Part shown: in pieces, positions 1 through 12,282 of the stretch
How the letters are laid out: the number at the start of each line of letters is the position of its first letter
Numbering within the stretch: position 1 is the first letter of the stretch
Source of the DNA: the human T2T-CHM13v2.0 reference genome, Homo sapiens
Strand: one strand, 5' to 3'
Length of the DNA stretch: 64,000 nucleotides
NCBI RefSeq assembly: GCF_009914755.1
Contig: NC_060947.1
The notes under the pieces: model-generated
Database searches by the model: none
What the model saw: only the letters and a program-made list of their open reading frames with translations
What the model was told of the DNA's origin: nothing
Program-made: the position numbers and the translations under genes

Positions 1-383
1 ATTAATAAAGAGTTGGTGTTTATTAGGTTTCTTTCCCTTTGCATCCCAGAAAATACTACTTTTTGTATTGTATTTGTTAAGAAACTAAAGGAAAAAAATG
101 ACCAGCAGTTAGACACTTCTCTGTAATTCTTTTTGATCATTTTACATTTATGCCTTATTTTTCAACTCTTTATATGATCTGAAATAGGATACAGACTTAT
201 TTCACTAACTTTGATTGTTGATGGTTTTGGGGGAAGGGTGTCACAGTTAACAAATGGCGTTTCTTTCAGTGCATTTTTTGATTTAGGAAAGGAAGTAAAT
301 CTTACCAGAATCAACTTAGAAATATAAGTAAAGGCTTCATGTAAACTTGCAATGTTTCTGTAAAGTTCTGCCTTCCATTTGAC

Positions 384-600
384 CAGTAATTCTTAACAAG
401 GGGCAATTTTACTTCCCTAAGGGACATTTGACAGTATCTGGAGACATTTTTGGTTGACACAACTGATGTGTAGGGGTGAGGACATTACTGGCATCTAGTG
501 GGTAGAGGTCACTAAACATCTTACAATACACAGGACAGCTCCCTACCACAGAGAGTTCTTGGGGCTCAAAATAGCAATAGTGCCGAATTAAGAAACCTTG
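384..600 (+). mobile_element. MER20 (hAT-Charlie non-autonomous DNA transposon)
   Basis: Termini CAGTAATTCTTAAC...AAGAAACCTTG; internal GGGACATTTG..CTGGAGACATTTTTGGTTG..CTGGCATCTAGTGGGTAGAGG match the recalled MER20 consensus; ~217 bp. Confidence 0.9.
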
Positions 601-1321
601 CTGTAGAGGAGGTGCCACACCTTTGGCTTTAGTTCTAGTCATTCAGAAAGAGAACCCATGATTCATTTTCCCAGCTAACTCACATTATGCAACCCTGTTT
701 TAAAATTCCAGTCTCTGTGTCAGATGCACAGCAGTAAGTCTGCTTCTCTGTACGAGGGAAATTGTTTTCTACTAACTGATGACCTCAGTTTAGCAGTTTC
801 TTTTCCAGCACATCAAAGCTCACAGTCAGACTTGCTGCAGCAAGTACACTTTTGAGTAGCTTGATGACATATAAAGACCCTCTTTGGCATTCATACTGTG
901 CTGCTCTATTGTTTATAGGCTAGCAGTAAATTATTTATGGATATTGCTAGAGATAGAAGTCACTTGCTCTCTCCTTTTTAGCCCAAAAGCTATATTTTAT
1001 CTGGTGGCAAGATTTTATGTGAAAATTATGCGGTGGTGGGCGGGGGGGAGCGGTTTATGTACTCTTTGCATTTGTGTGACAAGTTTTATGGTACCAGTCC
1101 CATCCGCTTTTTATTACTTTAAACCTGCTTTGGAAATTATTATTAATTACATCATGAACTCAGCAAATAATATGTTTTTTTAGAATTCCCATTATAAATA
1201 ATTTCAGAAAGGCTCTTCCTGAGTCAATTTAGAGAAATACTATCAGAAAAAACTCATTTTGGTCCTAAAGCAAAGCAAAAAATCTTTAGGTCGCTTTGGA
1301 GCATTGATCTATAAATGGATA

Positions 1322-1363
1322 TGTGTGTGTGTGTGCACGTGTGTGTGTGTGAGAGAGAGAGAG
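1322..1363. repeat. Compound (TG)n(GA)n microsatellite
   Basis: Interrupted TG run followed directly by a GA run. Confidence 0.95.
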
Positions 1364-2219
1364 AATCAGTTGAATGCCAAAGTAATCATTATAGGGTGTG
1401 CATTTATTTTTGCGAGCATCAGTGTACTTCAGGTTGTTTTTTTAGTATGCAAAACATTATTTCTGGTTGAGTTTACACTGACATATTTCCAACCACTGAT
1501 TCTGATTTAGAGGTTTTTTCTTGTTCTCCATCTCTCCTCACACCTCCCAAGTGGTAACATTTTGTTCTTAAATTTATCAGGCATTTATGAAATTGACTAT
1601 TTTCTAAAAAAACAGTAATACCAAAAGTATGTGTAGAAGGCAGTACTAGTCAGAATGCATAGCTCAACCCAGAACTCTACAGCTCTAATAGATTTTTGCC
1701 TTTATTAAGACTGATTAATTGTCAATCGTAAAATTTAAAAAAATGAATTGTTAATGAATTAACAAGGGACAAACTATGGTATGTCAACAAAAATATTTTT
1801 TTCAGTGGATTTTGTTAGTAGACAGACACTTCATGCCAGTAGTTTAGGCTGTAAGGAAACTCTAAGAACTCATTAGACGTAGAAGACAACAGATAGAGTC
1901 TACTTGGAATCAAGTCATTAGTCCCTGGTTATGATAAAACTATTGGTACCACGGCCAAAAAGAACTAAAGAAAAGTTAAACATAATAATATGATTTTTAA
2001 TTGATTTATTTGTTTCATGGAGGCATCATATGAGGGACTTGAGATTTTCTAGTTTAGAGGTGGGATTAGTTAAAAACACAGCATGATTTTCTTTGGGTTT
2101 CTGCTATAGAAGGGTTTGTGAGGTTTATGAGAAAAGTTAGCTCATCTGGTATATTGCATCCTATAAGAATCTTGGTTCTTGCATGCAATTATATTTTATA
2201 GACTGAATTCTGTTCTTTT

Positions 2220-2782
2220 GTTTTTCTTCAACTTTTATTATAGATTCAGGGGGTACATGTGCAGGTTTATTTTCTGGGTATATTGTATGGTGCTGAGGTT
2301 TGGGGGACAAATGATCCTATCACCCAGGTATTAAGCATAGTACCCAATAGCTAGTTTTTCATCCCCTGCCCCCTCACTCCCTCCCCTGTCTAGTAGTCCC
2401 CAGTTTCTATTGTTGCCATCTTTATTGTCCGTGAGTACCCAATGTTTAGCTCTCACTTATGAGTAAGGATATGCAATGTTTGGTTTTCTGTCACTGCATT
2501 AATTTACTTGGTGTAATGGCCTCCAGCTCCATCCATGTTGCCACAAAGAACATGATTTCATTTTTTATGGCTGCATGGTAGTCCATGGTGTATATGTACA
2601 ACATTCTCTTCATCCAGTCCACTGTTGATGGGCATCTAGATTGATTCCATGTCTTTGCTATTGTGAGTAGTGCTGTGATGAATATGCAAGTGCATGTGTC
2701 TTTTTGGTACAATGATTTGTGTTGTTTTGGTTATATATCCAGTAATGGGATTGCTGGTTCAAATGATGGCTCTGTTTTAAAG
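2220..2782 (-). mobile_element. L1PA15/16-like 3' fragment (ORF2 end plus 3'UTR)
   Basis: T-rich tail then AGATTCAGGGGGTACATGTGCAGG...; minus ORF 2491-2712 resembles the ORF2p C-terminus (KDTCTCIFITALLTIAKTWNQ). Confidence 0.88.
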
Positions 2783-3116
2783 AGCTCTGTTATTGATGAG
2801 AAAATTAAGTTATCAGGTAAGGACTTTAGGAAAAAAAAATCACAGTCTCATGAAAATTGCATTTACAAATTTGCATAAATTTGTCCATACATAAAGTTGG
2901 TTGATATATGATTATAGGGCTCTAGGCCTGGGATCTTCAATCAAAAAGAAAAAAGCAAAACAAAGCAAATGAAATGAAAAAAACATACAACAACAATAAA
3001 ATACTCAAGTTTAATATTTTGATATATTCAGTAATGTTGGTTTGACCATATACCCTGGTTTATGACTGTTAATTATTTTTTGTATTCCTTTTTAATATCA
3101 ATAATATTCTTGTTTG

Positions 3117-3985
3117 CTTAATGTTTTCCGAGTTCATCTATGTTGTGGCAAATGGCAGAATCTCCATTTTTAAGGCTGAATAATATTCTATTCAATACAT
3201 GCATATGCCACCGTTTCTTTATCCGTTCATTTGTTAATGGACACATAGGTCGTTTCCAGATCTTCGCTATTGTGAATAATGCTGCAGTGAACATAGAAGT
3301 GCAGATATCTTTTTGAAGTGGGGATTTAATTTCCTTTGGGTATATACCCAGAAGAGGAATTGCTGGGTCATATGATAGTTCTTTTTTTTTTTTTTTTTGA
3401 AAAGCAGTAGTCAGGTTTAATAGCAGATTAACACAAATGTATCAGTTTTCTATAGTTACCATAGCACATTACCACCAGTTTTCTGGCTTAAAATAGTTTT
3501 GTTTTTAATATCATTAGCAATCTCCATACTGTTTTCCATAATGGCTGCACCAGTCTACATTTCCACCAACAATATACAAGGGTTTCCTTTTTGCCACACC
3601 CTTGCCAACATTTGTTGTCAATCTTTTGTTTTTTTTTTTAAAGGCAGATATACAGAGAAAGAGAATAAAACAGTGGGTACCAAAGGTAGAGGCAGGGGGG
3701 GATGTAGGTCAGAGGATGCAAATTGAGGATCAAATATGTAGGATGAACAAATCTAGAGATCTAATGTACAACAACATGAAGGACTATAGTTAATACAAAG
3801 GTACTGCATTGAGGATTTCTGCTAAATGATTAGATTTTATCTGCTTTTGCCACATAGAAAAATTGGTAACTATGTGAAATGTTGGATATGTTAACTTGCT
3901 TCACCACAGTAACCATTTTACTATCTGTATCTATCCCATAACATCATGTTATATACCTTAATTATGCACAATATTATTAATTTTT
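3117..3985 (+). mobile_element. 5'-inverted (twin-primed) L1MA/L1MB-type element: inverted ORF2-end segment 3117-~3630, sense 3'UTR ~3640-3985
   Basis: Antisense L1 ORF2-end sequence abuts a sense L1 3'UTR; flanked by AATAATATTCTTGTTTG (3100-3116) and AAAAATGTTCTTGTTTG (3986-4002). Confidence 0.75.
3382..3492 (-). other. Short poly(A)-tailed retroposed insertion inside the L1
   Basis: T17 tail at 3382-3398, ATTAAA on the minus strand at 3416-3421, duplication ATAGTTCT/ATAGTTTT. Confidence 0.65.
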
Positions 3986-4147
3986 AAAAATGTTCTTGTT
4001 TGGATGAAAAAGTATATAGTTACACAGTGGAATATAAGTGTACCCTATGTTTGAAGATACTAAGTTGATTTCCCACTCATTTCTTAAGGTAATTCAGTTC
4101 ACCGTAACAATTTTTTTATCTTTGTCTCAGAAAGATAAATCATCTTT

Positions 4148-4250
4148 CCTAGCTACTCGAGAGGCTAACGTGGGAGGATCACTTGAGCCTAGGAATTCAA
4201 GACCAGACTAGGCAACATAATGGACCTCAACTCAAAACCAAAAAAAAAAA
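4148..4250 (+). mobile_element. Alu monomer (FLAM-like), 5' truncated
   Basis: GGGAGGATCACTTGAGCCTAGGAATTCAAGACCAG, A tail; TSD AAAGATAA(A/G)TCATCTTT at 4131-4147 and 4248-4264. Confidence 0.85.
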
Positions 4251-4546
4251 GATAAGTCATCTTTAATTTTTTTAATGATATTTGAGATCATTTTATACAA
4301 TCTTATCATTTGAATGACTTCAATTACTTAAATTGGCTCTATTAAATACAAGAATATAATTTGCTTTTTGATATATCATTTTTTCTTCTGTCTTTGCAAG
4401 GATTTACACAGTTTTCTTATGCTTTAAAAATAGTAACCAACAAATTGTTGTGCAATTGATTTTGAAAAATTGATCTTTTAAAAATTTATGTAGGAGAATT
4501 ATATGTAAGATTCCTGACACTACCTGCTACTGAGTTGTTTTCAAAT

Positions 4547-4717
4547 CAATGGTTCTTAATTTATTGTGAATCTCATATCATTGTATTCCTTGAAAATATA
4601 ATGAAAACTAAGATTCTCTTCTGAGAAAAAACATGCCCCCATAAAAATTTCCAAAAATTTTAGTGGGTTCAAGGATTTCCTGATGTCCATCAAAGCATTT
4701 TAGTTTAAGAAGTCCAG
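4547..4717. mobile_element. Old hAT-Charlie MITE (MER103-like, subfamily uncertain)
   Basis: Charlie-type termini CAATGGTTCTTAA...TTAAGAAGTCCAG, ~170 bp. Confidence 0.5.
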
Positions 4718-5633
4718 CCCTAAACTGTGAGATCTTAGGGGGCACGAACTGTGGTTTTTTTCTTCCTCCCCACCCTTCTCTGAATCTTTATTATGTAGCA
4801 AATATTGTACTCTTTAAAGTATTTGTTGAATGACAGAATAAAAGGATGCTTTATTTATCAGTATGGCTGAGGTCTGAGCTGGATACTTTATATCTTTTCA
4901 CTTTTCTTCTGGCTTTTTTTCTGTGTTTTTTGCTCTTTTTCAGCATTGGCATATTATTTGTTAGAAAATGTTTTCCATTCTATAAACTTTGTAGCAGATC
5001 AAATACCAGAAGTGTTAGATCCAGCATTTACAATCTGTGTGTCCTGGGGCTACTCACTTAGCGTCTTCGAGCCTCAGTTTCTGCATTTTCATGGGTTGTT
5101 GGGAGTCCCTTTAGCTCTATAGTGATCACCTATAAACCTCCTCAACTACCTGCCCACAGAAAATAAATTTTCCCATCAAACCATGTTTTGTGCCAATGAA
5201 ATTGAGTTATTCTCTTATTTGTTATTTGGTTTAATATGGAGATGCATAAAATAACAAAGAGCTACTCATTTATCTCAGATCTTCTCATGTTTCCTGATAG
5301 GCAGGGTTGGTGTGCTTTAAGAAAAGCTGTACTCTTATCACATTTGAAACCAATACACTTTTCCTACTGACCAAATTTGTCTAAAATTTGATAGTTCCAA
5401 ATAATAATAAGTTATTTTAATCATTTCAAAAGTATGATATTTTAAAAACTTTTTTATTGTGGAATTTTTAAAACTTACACAAAAATAGATAAAATAATGT
5501 GATAAAATTCAGTCTAACTGCCTTAACAATTTCCCCTGTCTTGCCTTTTTTTTCACTCATTCTCTCCTTTTCTAGAGTATTTTAAGTTTTAGATATTGTG
5601 TCATTTCACCCTTTGAATACCTCAGCATATTTC

Positions 5634-6149
5634 TGTTACACGTATTGATCGCTAAGTAAACCACCCCAATACTGAGTACATGATTCGGCAATACGGTCTG
5701 GACTCAGCTGTGTGGCTTATCTCTGATTCACATGATGTTATTTGGGCTTACTCATGCATTTTCAGTTGACTGTCAACTAAACTAGACTGGAAGATCCAAA
5801 ATGTCTCCGCTCAAATGTCTGACATTTGTTGATGGCTGTAGGATGGAGCATCTTGATTTTTTTCCATATGGCCTCTAACCCTCTGATATGCTAGACCTGG
5901 CTTTTTTTCACAGCAAGGTCTCAGGGTTCCAAGAGAGAAAAAAAAGTTTCATAAGCACTAGCCTTGGAAGTCACATACCACCACTTCCTGCTGCATTCTA
6001 TTGGTCTCAGCAAGTCACATGGCCAGCCCAGATTCTGAGGGGAGGAAATAGACTCTACTTCTGTATGGAAGAAGGGGCAAGGTCACATTGCACAGAGGAG
6101 TGTGGGGAATGGGAGGAATTGTTGTTGCCATTTTTACAAGCACATCTAA
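5634..6149 (-). mobile_element. MLT1-family MaLR LTR (old subfamily)
   Basis: AAACCACCCCAATACTGAG...CATTCTATTGGTC...CAAGTCACATGGCCAGCCCAGATTC...GGAAATAGACTCTAC motifs typical of MLT1. Confidence 0.75.
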
Positions 6150-6799
6150 CTGATCTTCTGGCTTTTAATATCATCATGCCACTAACAGAGTTAACAAATT
6201 TAACAATATTTCCTTTTTAAGATTAATTTTTAAATTTTCTCATTTTTAAATTTACATACAGAAATTTTTTGTGCGTATACTTTTTATGTTTCATTTTTTG
6301 TGGTTTTCATTTGCATTTATCTGATGAATAATGATGGTGAGCACCTTTTCATATACCTGTTGGTAATTTGTATGTCTTTTATGTGGGCTCAGGCCTGGAG
6401 CCTTGGTCCATAGAGGTTAATTTGGCATTGGGGTGGCCCTGGAACCAGGGTCTGTGGGGAAGTGTGTATGTGTATACTGCTGTGAGATTCGACAAATGCA
6501 TAGAGTTCTCTAACAACCACCATGGTTAGAATACAGAAAATTCCCTCAGCAACCAAAAGTCCCTTGAGCTTCCCACTTGTAATCAAACCCTCCTCCACCT
6601 CCTAACCCAGTGATCCCCAACCTTTTAGGCACCAGGGACCAGTTTCATGGAAGATAGTTTTTCCACCGACCAAGGTTGGGATGGTTTCAGGATAATTCAA
6701 GTGTGTTACATTTATTGTCCACTTTATTATTGTTACGTTGTAATATATAATGAAATAATTATACAAGTCACCACAATGTGGAATCTGTGGGAGGCCTGA

Positions 6800-8949
6800 G
6801 TTTTTTTTTTTTTTTTCTTGCAACTGATCGGTTCCATCTAGGGGTGATGGGAGACATTATCACCCAAAGTATGTTGCTTATGTCCAATCTACTCTGTAAT
6901 TTTGTTTTAGTTGCTGTCACTGCAGAAAACCCTGCTTCACAATGATAGGAAGTTGGAAATGGAAGCTGGCTTTTCAGTACTTTTGTGACAGTCTTGGGAT
7001 AGTCTGCCTTGACTTTAATCCAGAACGTATGGAGATTTGAAGTTGTCTCAAACGTACTTTTAAGGGCACTGTCATTTGCAATCTCAAGCAGTTGATTCTC
7101 TTCTAGCATGGACAAAGTCAATTCACCCTGCTTTATTCACAAATGGGTGGCGTATCTGTTCTTTCCCAATTTGGGGAGTCTTTGTGGTTGGAAAGTAATG
7201 CTCAAACTCTTTTGAAAGCTGAGGTAGGTAATCATGCACCAGCTGGAAAAAAGAAGGCCTTGGTCAGTGTCTTTCAAAATCTCTACTAATGTTTGAAACG
7301 TGTCAGAAATCCCAATGTTCACTCATTGTCCCCATAATTCCAGTCTGGCTTTGAATGCCCCCACTTTATCTGCTGGACTGGAACATAGTTGTCATTCCCC
7401 TTTGAAATGACAGATTGAGTTCATTGAGCAGGTTGACTGTGTCACACAAGTAAGCAAGTTTTGTGACCCATTCTGTGTCACTGAAATGTGCTGCCAGTGG
7501 TGACTGTTTTCCTAAAAGAAATCTCTGGAGCAGCTCTTGTAACTCAGAAACTCTAGCCAGTGAGTTTAGAAACCTTTAGAAAGCCATTTCACTTCTGTGT
7601 ACAAGAGAAGACGTGTGCTGTGCGTCCATCTCCTCACAGAGCTGCGCAAACAGATAAAAGTTAAAGGCATGTACTTTAAAGTAGTTGATAATTTTAATCA
7701 TATCCTGCATAACATTGTTAAGTTCGGGTGACATTTTTCGGCTAGCCAGCATTTCTTTATGGATGAACCAGTGTGTGGATTCACATTCAGAAGCAACCTC
7801 TTTGACTTGAGTAGTGAAACCAGAAAGCCATCCAGTCATGGCAGCTGTTCCGTCTGTGCATATACCAACACAAAATGACCAATTCAGTTCTTCTGATATG
7901 TAATCATTCAAAGACTTGAATAGTTCTGCAGCTGTATTGTTAGTTGGGAACAAAAGTGTACATAACATATCTTCGTGCACATCCTCCTGAAAAGTATATT
8001 ACATAAAAACAAGCATTGCTGCCTTGTTCTTAACATCGGTACACAAACCTGGATCATGTACCATGGTGACTCGTTAATCCTCTCTAACAATTGTTCCTCA
8101 ATATCCTCTGCTATTTTATCAATTCGTCTAGTTATGGTGCTAGCCGAAAGAAGAACAAGTGCCACCTTTTGAACTGCAGCCTCTCCGAAAAGGTCATGAC
8201 AAATGTCCGTAGCAGCAGGCAGGATCAACTCTTCAACAACAGTAAAGGGATCCTTAGCTTTGTCAGTGTGGTTAGCCACTAAAAATGATGCTCTCAGTGC
8301 AGACACATTTGAGGAAGTGGTGGTCTTCAATAATTGCTTCTGTTCTTTGTGCTATTTTGTTCTTTTGAAAAACTCCAAAGGCTTGTCTTTTAATTCAGGG
8401 TGCTTGGTCTCCATGTGGTGAAGCAGTGTTTTTTTTTTTTTTTTTGAGACAGAGTCTCACTGTATCACCCAGGCTGGAGTGCACAATCTCAGCTCACTGC
8501 AACCTCCACTCCCCCAACCCCTCGGGTTCAAGCAATTCTCCTGCCTCAGCCTCCCGAATAGCTAGGACAACAGGCATGCACCACCACGCCCGGCTAATTT
8601 TTGTATTTTTAGTAGAGACGGGGTTTCTCCATGTTGGCCAGGCTGGTCTCGAACTCCTGACCTCAGGTGATCCATCCGCCTCAGCCTCCCAAAGTCCTGG
8701 GATTACAGGTGTGAGCCACTGCGCCTGGCCTGGTGAAGCAGTTTTGAAGGTTTGATGGCTTCATGGGATACCCAGTTGCCACATACAAAGCACGCTTGGA
8801 GACTGTCAGTCACCTGTTGCAGTGAACCCATAATTCAAGTAAGACTCTTGGTATTTTCTTGTAAATGCAGCTTTCTTTTTCTTGGCAGTCTTAGAGTCTT
8901 CTGCTGTCTTGGGCCTTTCCCCCTTTTCAAAGAAGCTCTCCAGCGACAT
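6800..8949 (-). pseudogene. Disrupted Charlie/Buster-type hAT transposase
   Basis: ORF pieces 7908-8330 (PFTVVEELILPAA..LSASTITRRI), 7576-7980 (CVGICTDGTAAMTG..THWFIHKEMLAS, DDE and CxxH region), 6768-7121 (FWIKV..PFPTSYHCEAGFS, hATC dimerisation); frameshifts, stops and an Alu insertion. Confidence 0.85.
8429..8730 (-). mobile_element. AluS inserted in the Charlie3 transposase
   Basis: Dimeric Alu with T tail; TSD TGGTGAAGCAGT at 8416-8427 and 8731-8742. Confidence 0.95.
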
Positions 8950-10406
8950 TTGTTTTTTACTCATTTTGGCTAGGGTTAGCTTGAGGGCTTACCAAAACTG
9001 TGACTGAGACTAGAGCTCAGTCCAGGAAAGAGGTGCAGATGGAAGTAAGTGAAATAATAGGCGGGCGACACATAGATTAAAATAAGTGTCAGATTCTGAC
9101 TTAGAGCCTGTCACCAGATGCAGCTGTACAATCAAAGTACATCAACTCACTTGCCACTAAGCCTGCCACCAGATACAGCATAATTGTCACTTGCCACTCA
9201 CCGATAGGGTCTTGATATGAATCTGCAAGCAAGTGATTTATTATGGTACCTGTGCAGTCAAACCTCTCTGCTAATGTTAATCTCCATTTACAGCCACTCT
9301 CTGGTGCTAGAATCACCGCCTCAGCTCCACCTCAGATCATTAGGCATTAGATTCTCATAAGGAGCATACAGCTAGATCCCTCACATGTGCAGTTGACAAT
9401 AGGGTTCACACTCCTATGAGAATCTAATGCTGCCACTGATCGGACAGGAGGCAGAGCTCAGGCAGTAATGTGAGCAATGGGGAGTGGCTGCAGATACAGA
9501 TGAAGCTTCAGTCAGTCGCCTGCAGCTCATCTCCTTCTGTACCACCTGGTTCCTAACAGGCCACAGACTGGTACCCGTCTGTGGCCCAGGGGTTGGAGAC
9601 CCTTTCCTAAGCCTTAGAAACTGCTAATTTGTTACCAGTCTCTATAGCTTTGCCTTTAGAATGCCATATAAATGGATTAATATAGAATGTAATCTTTTTA
9701 GGTTGTGTTTTGCACTTAGCATAATGCATTTGAGATTTATCCATATTGTGTGTGAATCAATAATGTGCCCCTTTTTTGCTGAGTCATATTTCATTGTAAA
9801 AATATACCAGAATTTATTTTTCCATTAATCTTTTTCATTCATCAGGTGAATGACGTTGGATTTTTCTGGTTTTGGGAGATTATAAATTATGCTACAATAA
9901 ATATTTATGTACGGGTTTTTATGTGAACATAAGTTTTAGTTTCTGTAGAGTAAATACATAGGAGTTTGGCCATATGGTAGGTATGTATTTAACATTTTAA
10001 GAAATTGCCAAACTGTTTTCCAGAGTGGCTGTACCATTTTACATTTCCATAAAATATGAGAAATCCAGTTGCACCTTATTTTCCCCTGCACTTTATATTG
10101 TCAGGCTGTTTATATTAGCCATTCTAATAGGTGTATAGTTGTATCTTGTGATTTTAATTTGCACTTCCTAATGACTAATAAAGTATCTTCATATGCTTAC
10201 TTGCATTTAGTTTATCTTCTTTGGTGAATTTTCTGTTCAAAACTTTTGTCCATTAAAAATAATTGGTTTATTTCCTTATTGTTGAATTTTGAGGATTCTT
10301 TATATGTTTTATATATAAGTTCTTCATTGGATAAGTGATATGCACATATTTTATCCCGGTCTGTACATTGTCAATTTATTCTCTTATTGTGATCTTTAGA
10401 AGAGCA

Positions 10407-10742
10407 AAACAGTGAGTAGAAGGATGGCTACCAGATGCTGGGGAATGGGCAGAGTGGTGGGGAAAGGTTAGATGTTGATCAAAGGATGTTAAGTTTCAGG
10501 TAGACTGGAGGAATACGTTTTCGTGATCTATTGCACTACACGGTGACTACAGTTAATAATAATGTGTATTTCAAAATTGCCAAAAGAATAGATTTTTAAA
10601 GTTCTTGCCACAAAAAAATAACGGTGGATATGTTAGTTAGCTTGACTGACTCTTCCTACAGTGTATATATAGATTAAAATACCAAATCATACCCCATAAA
10701 TATATATAATTATTATTTGCTAATTAAAAACAAAATGTTAAA
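10407..10742 (+). mobile_element. L1MA-type 3'UTR fragment nested in the older L1
   Basis: GAGTAGAAGGATGGCTACCAG...GTGATCTATTGCAC...; AAGAGCA duplicated on both sides. Confidence 0.75.
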
Positions 10743-10989
10743 AAGAGCATTTTTTAAAATATTTTGAGAAAGTCCAATTTATTTTTTTTTCCTTTCATGG
10801 ATTAGATCTCTTTGCCTAACCCATGATCATAAAGATATTCTCATTTGTTCTCTACTAAAAATTTGGTTAATTTTAAAACTTATATTTGTGTGTATGATAT
10901 ATTTTGAGTTAATTTTGTGTAAGGTTTGAATCATAGGTCAAAGTTCTTTTCTTTGGAAATTGGATATCCAGTTGTTCAGCAACATTTCT

Positions 10990-11293
10990 TTTTTAAAAAT
11001 TTCTTTTAAAATTATTTTTAATTTTTATGGATACATAATAGTTTTACATATTTATGGGACATGTGATATTTTGATACAAACATACAGTGTATAATGACCA
11101 AATATCGGATTAATAACCCATATTAGAATTATTATGTATTTTAGAATATACAAGGAACTCACCTCAAAAGCAAAAAAACAAATAGTCTAATTTTAAAATG
11201 GGCAAAAGATCTGAATAGACATTTCTCGAAAGACGACATACAAATGATTAACAGGTATATGAAATAATGCTCAACATCACTAATCATCAGGGA
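10990..11293. mobile_element. L1MA fragments in opposite orientations (minus 3' end ~10990-11110, plus ORF2 ~11140-11293)
   Basis: TTTTTATGGATACATAATAG...TTTTGATAC (antisense 3' end); AAAATGGGCAAAAGATCTGAATAGACATTTCTC (sense ORF2). Confidence 0.7.
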
Positions 11294-11782
11294 GACCAGG
11301 TCATTTCTCCATTAAAGTATCCCACATTCTGCTTTGGGCTGATTTGTTCCCTAATGGTGTCATTAAAATTGTTCTTATATCTCTCATATATCTTGTGAAA
11401 AGGTGATTAGATCTTGATTGGATTTGGGTTTACATTTTGGGTAGGCAACTTTGCAGGCTACTTTCTAAGCATTATGTCAAGGACCTAATACTTTGGTTGT
11501 CCTAGTTTAGGTGCTGCTATGTTTGATCAGTGGGAGTTTTCAGCTATATCCAACCATTATAAAGTTCCCCATCAATCTTTTTTCTATTGGCATTAGCAGT
11601 CATTGATGCTGTTTCTTTAGATTCATTATTTTATTAAGGATTGCACAATGGTGATATTCTGATTTTAGGATTTATTTTGCATTCATTAGCCAGAAGGTTT
11701 ATATACAGAAAGACTTTCCTTTATCAACTTTTTAGTTACTCTAAAATATATTTAGCCCAGGAAAGGCAGGACAAGCATTTGA

Positions 11783-12282
<500 letters not shown>

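Larger units (their letters stand above)
6608..9604 (-). mobile_element. Charlie3 hAT DNA transposon (MER1 parent), near full length
   Basis: MER1-type TIRs CAGTGATCCCCAACC / GGTTGGAGACCCTT; 8-bp TSD TCCTAACC (6600-6607) / TCCTAAGC (9605-9612); ~2.7 kb after removing the Alu; transposase remnants inside. Confidence 0.88.
6225..10985 (-). mobile_element. Old L1M (MB/MC-type) 3' fragment, split by Charlie3 and other insertions
   Basis: L1 antisense text resumes at 9613 after Charlie3 (AATTGCCAAACTGTTTTCCAGAGTGGCTGTACCATTTTACATTTCC). Confidence 0.7.

Noticed and set aside
6768-8330. A functional domesticated transposase gene (ZBED5/ZBED8/SCAND3-like)
   Set aside because: Frameshifts, stops and an Alu insertion, with TIRs and TSD still present: a dead transposon copy
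8426-8755. 109-aa ORF and similar ORFs at 11951-12285, 27825-28271 and 44349-44582
   Set aside because: Translations of Alu sequence
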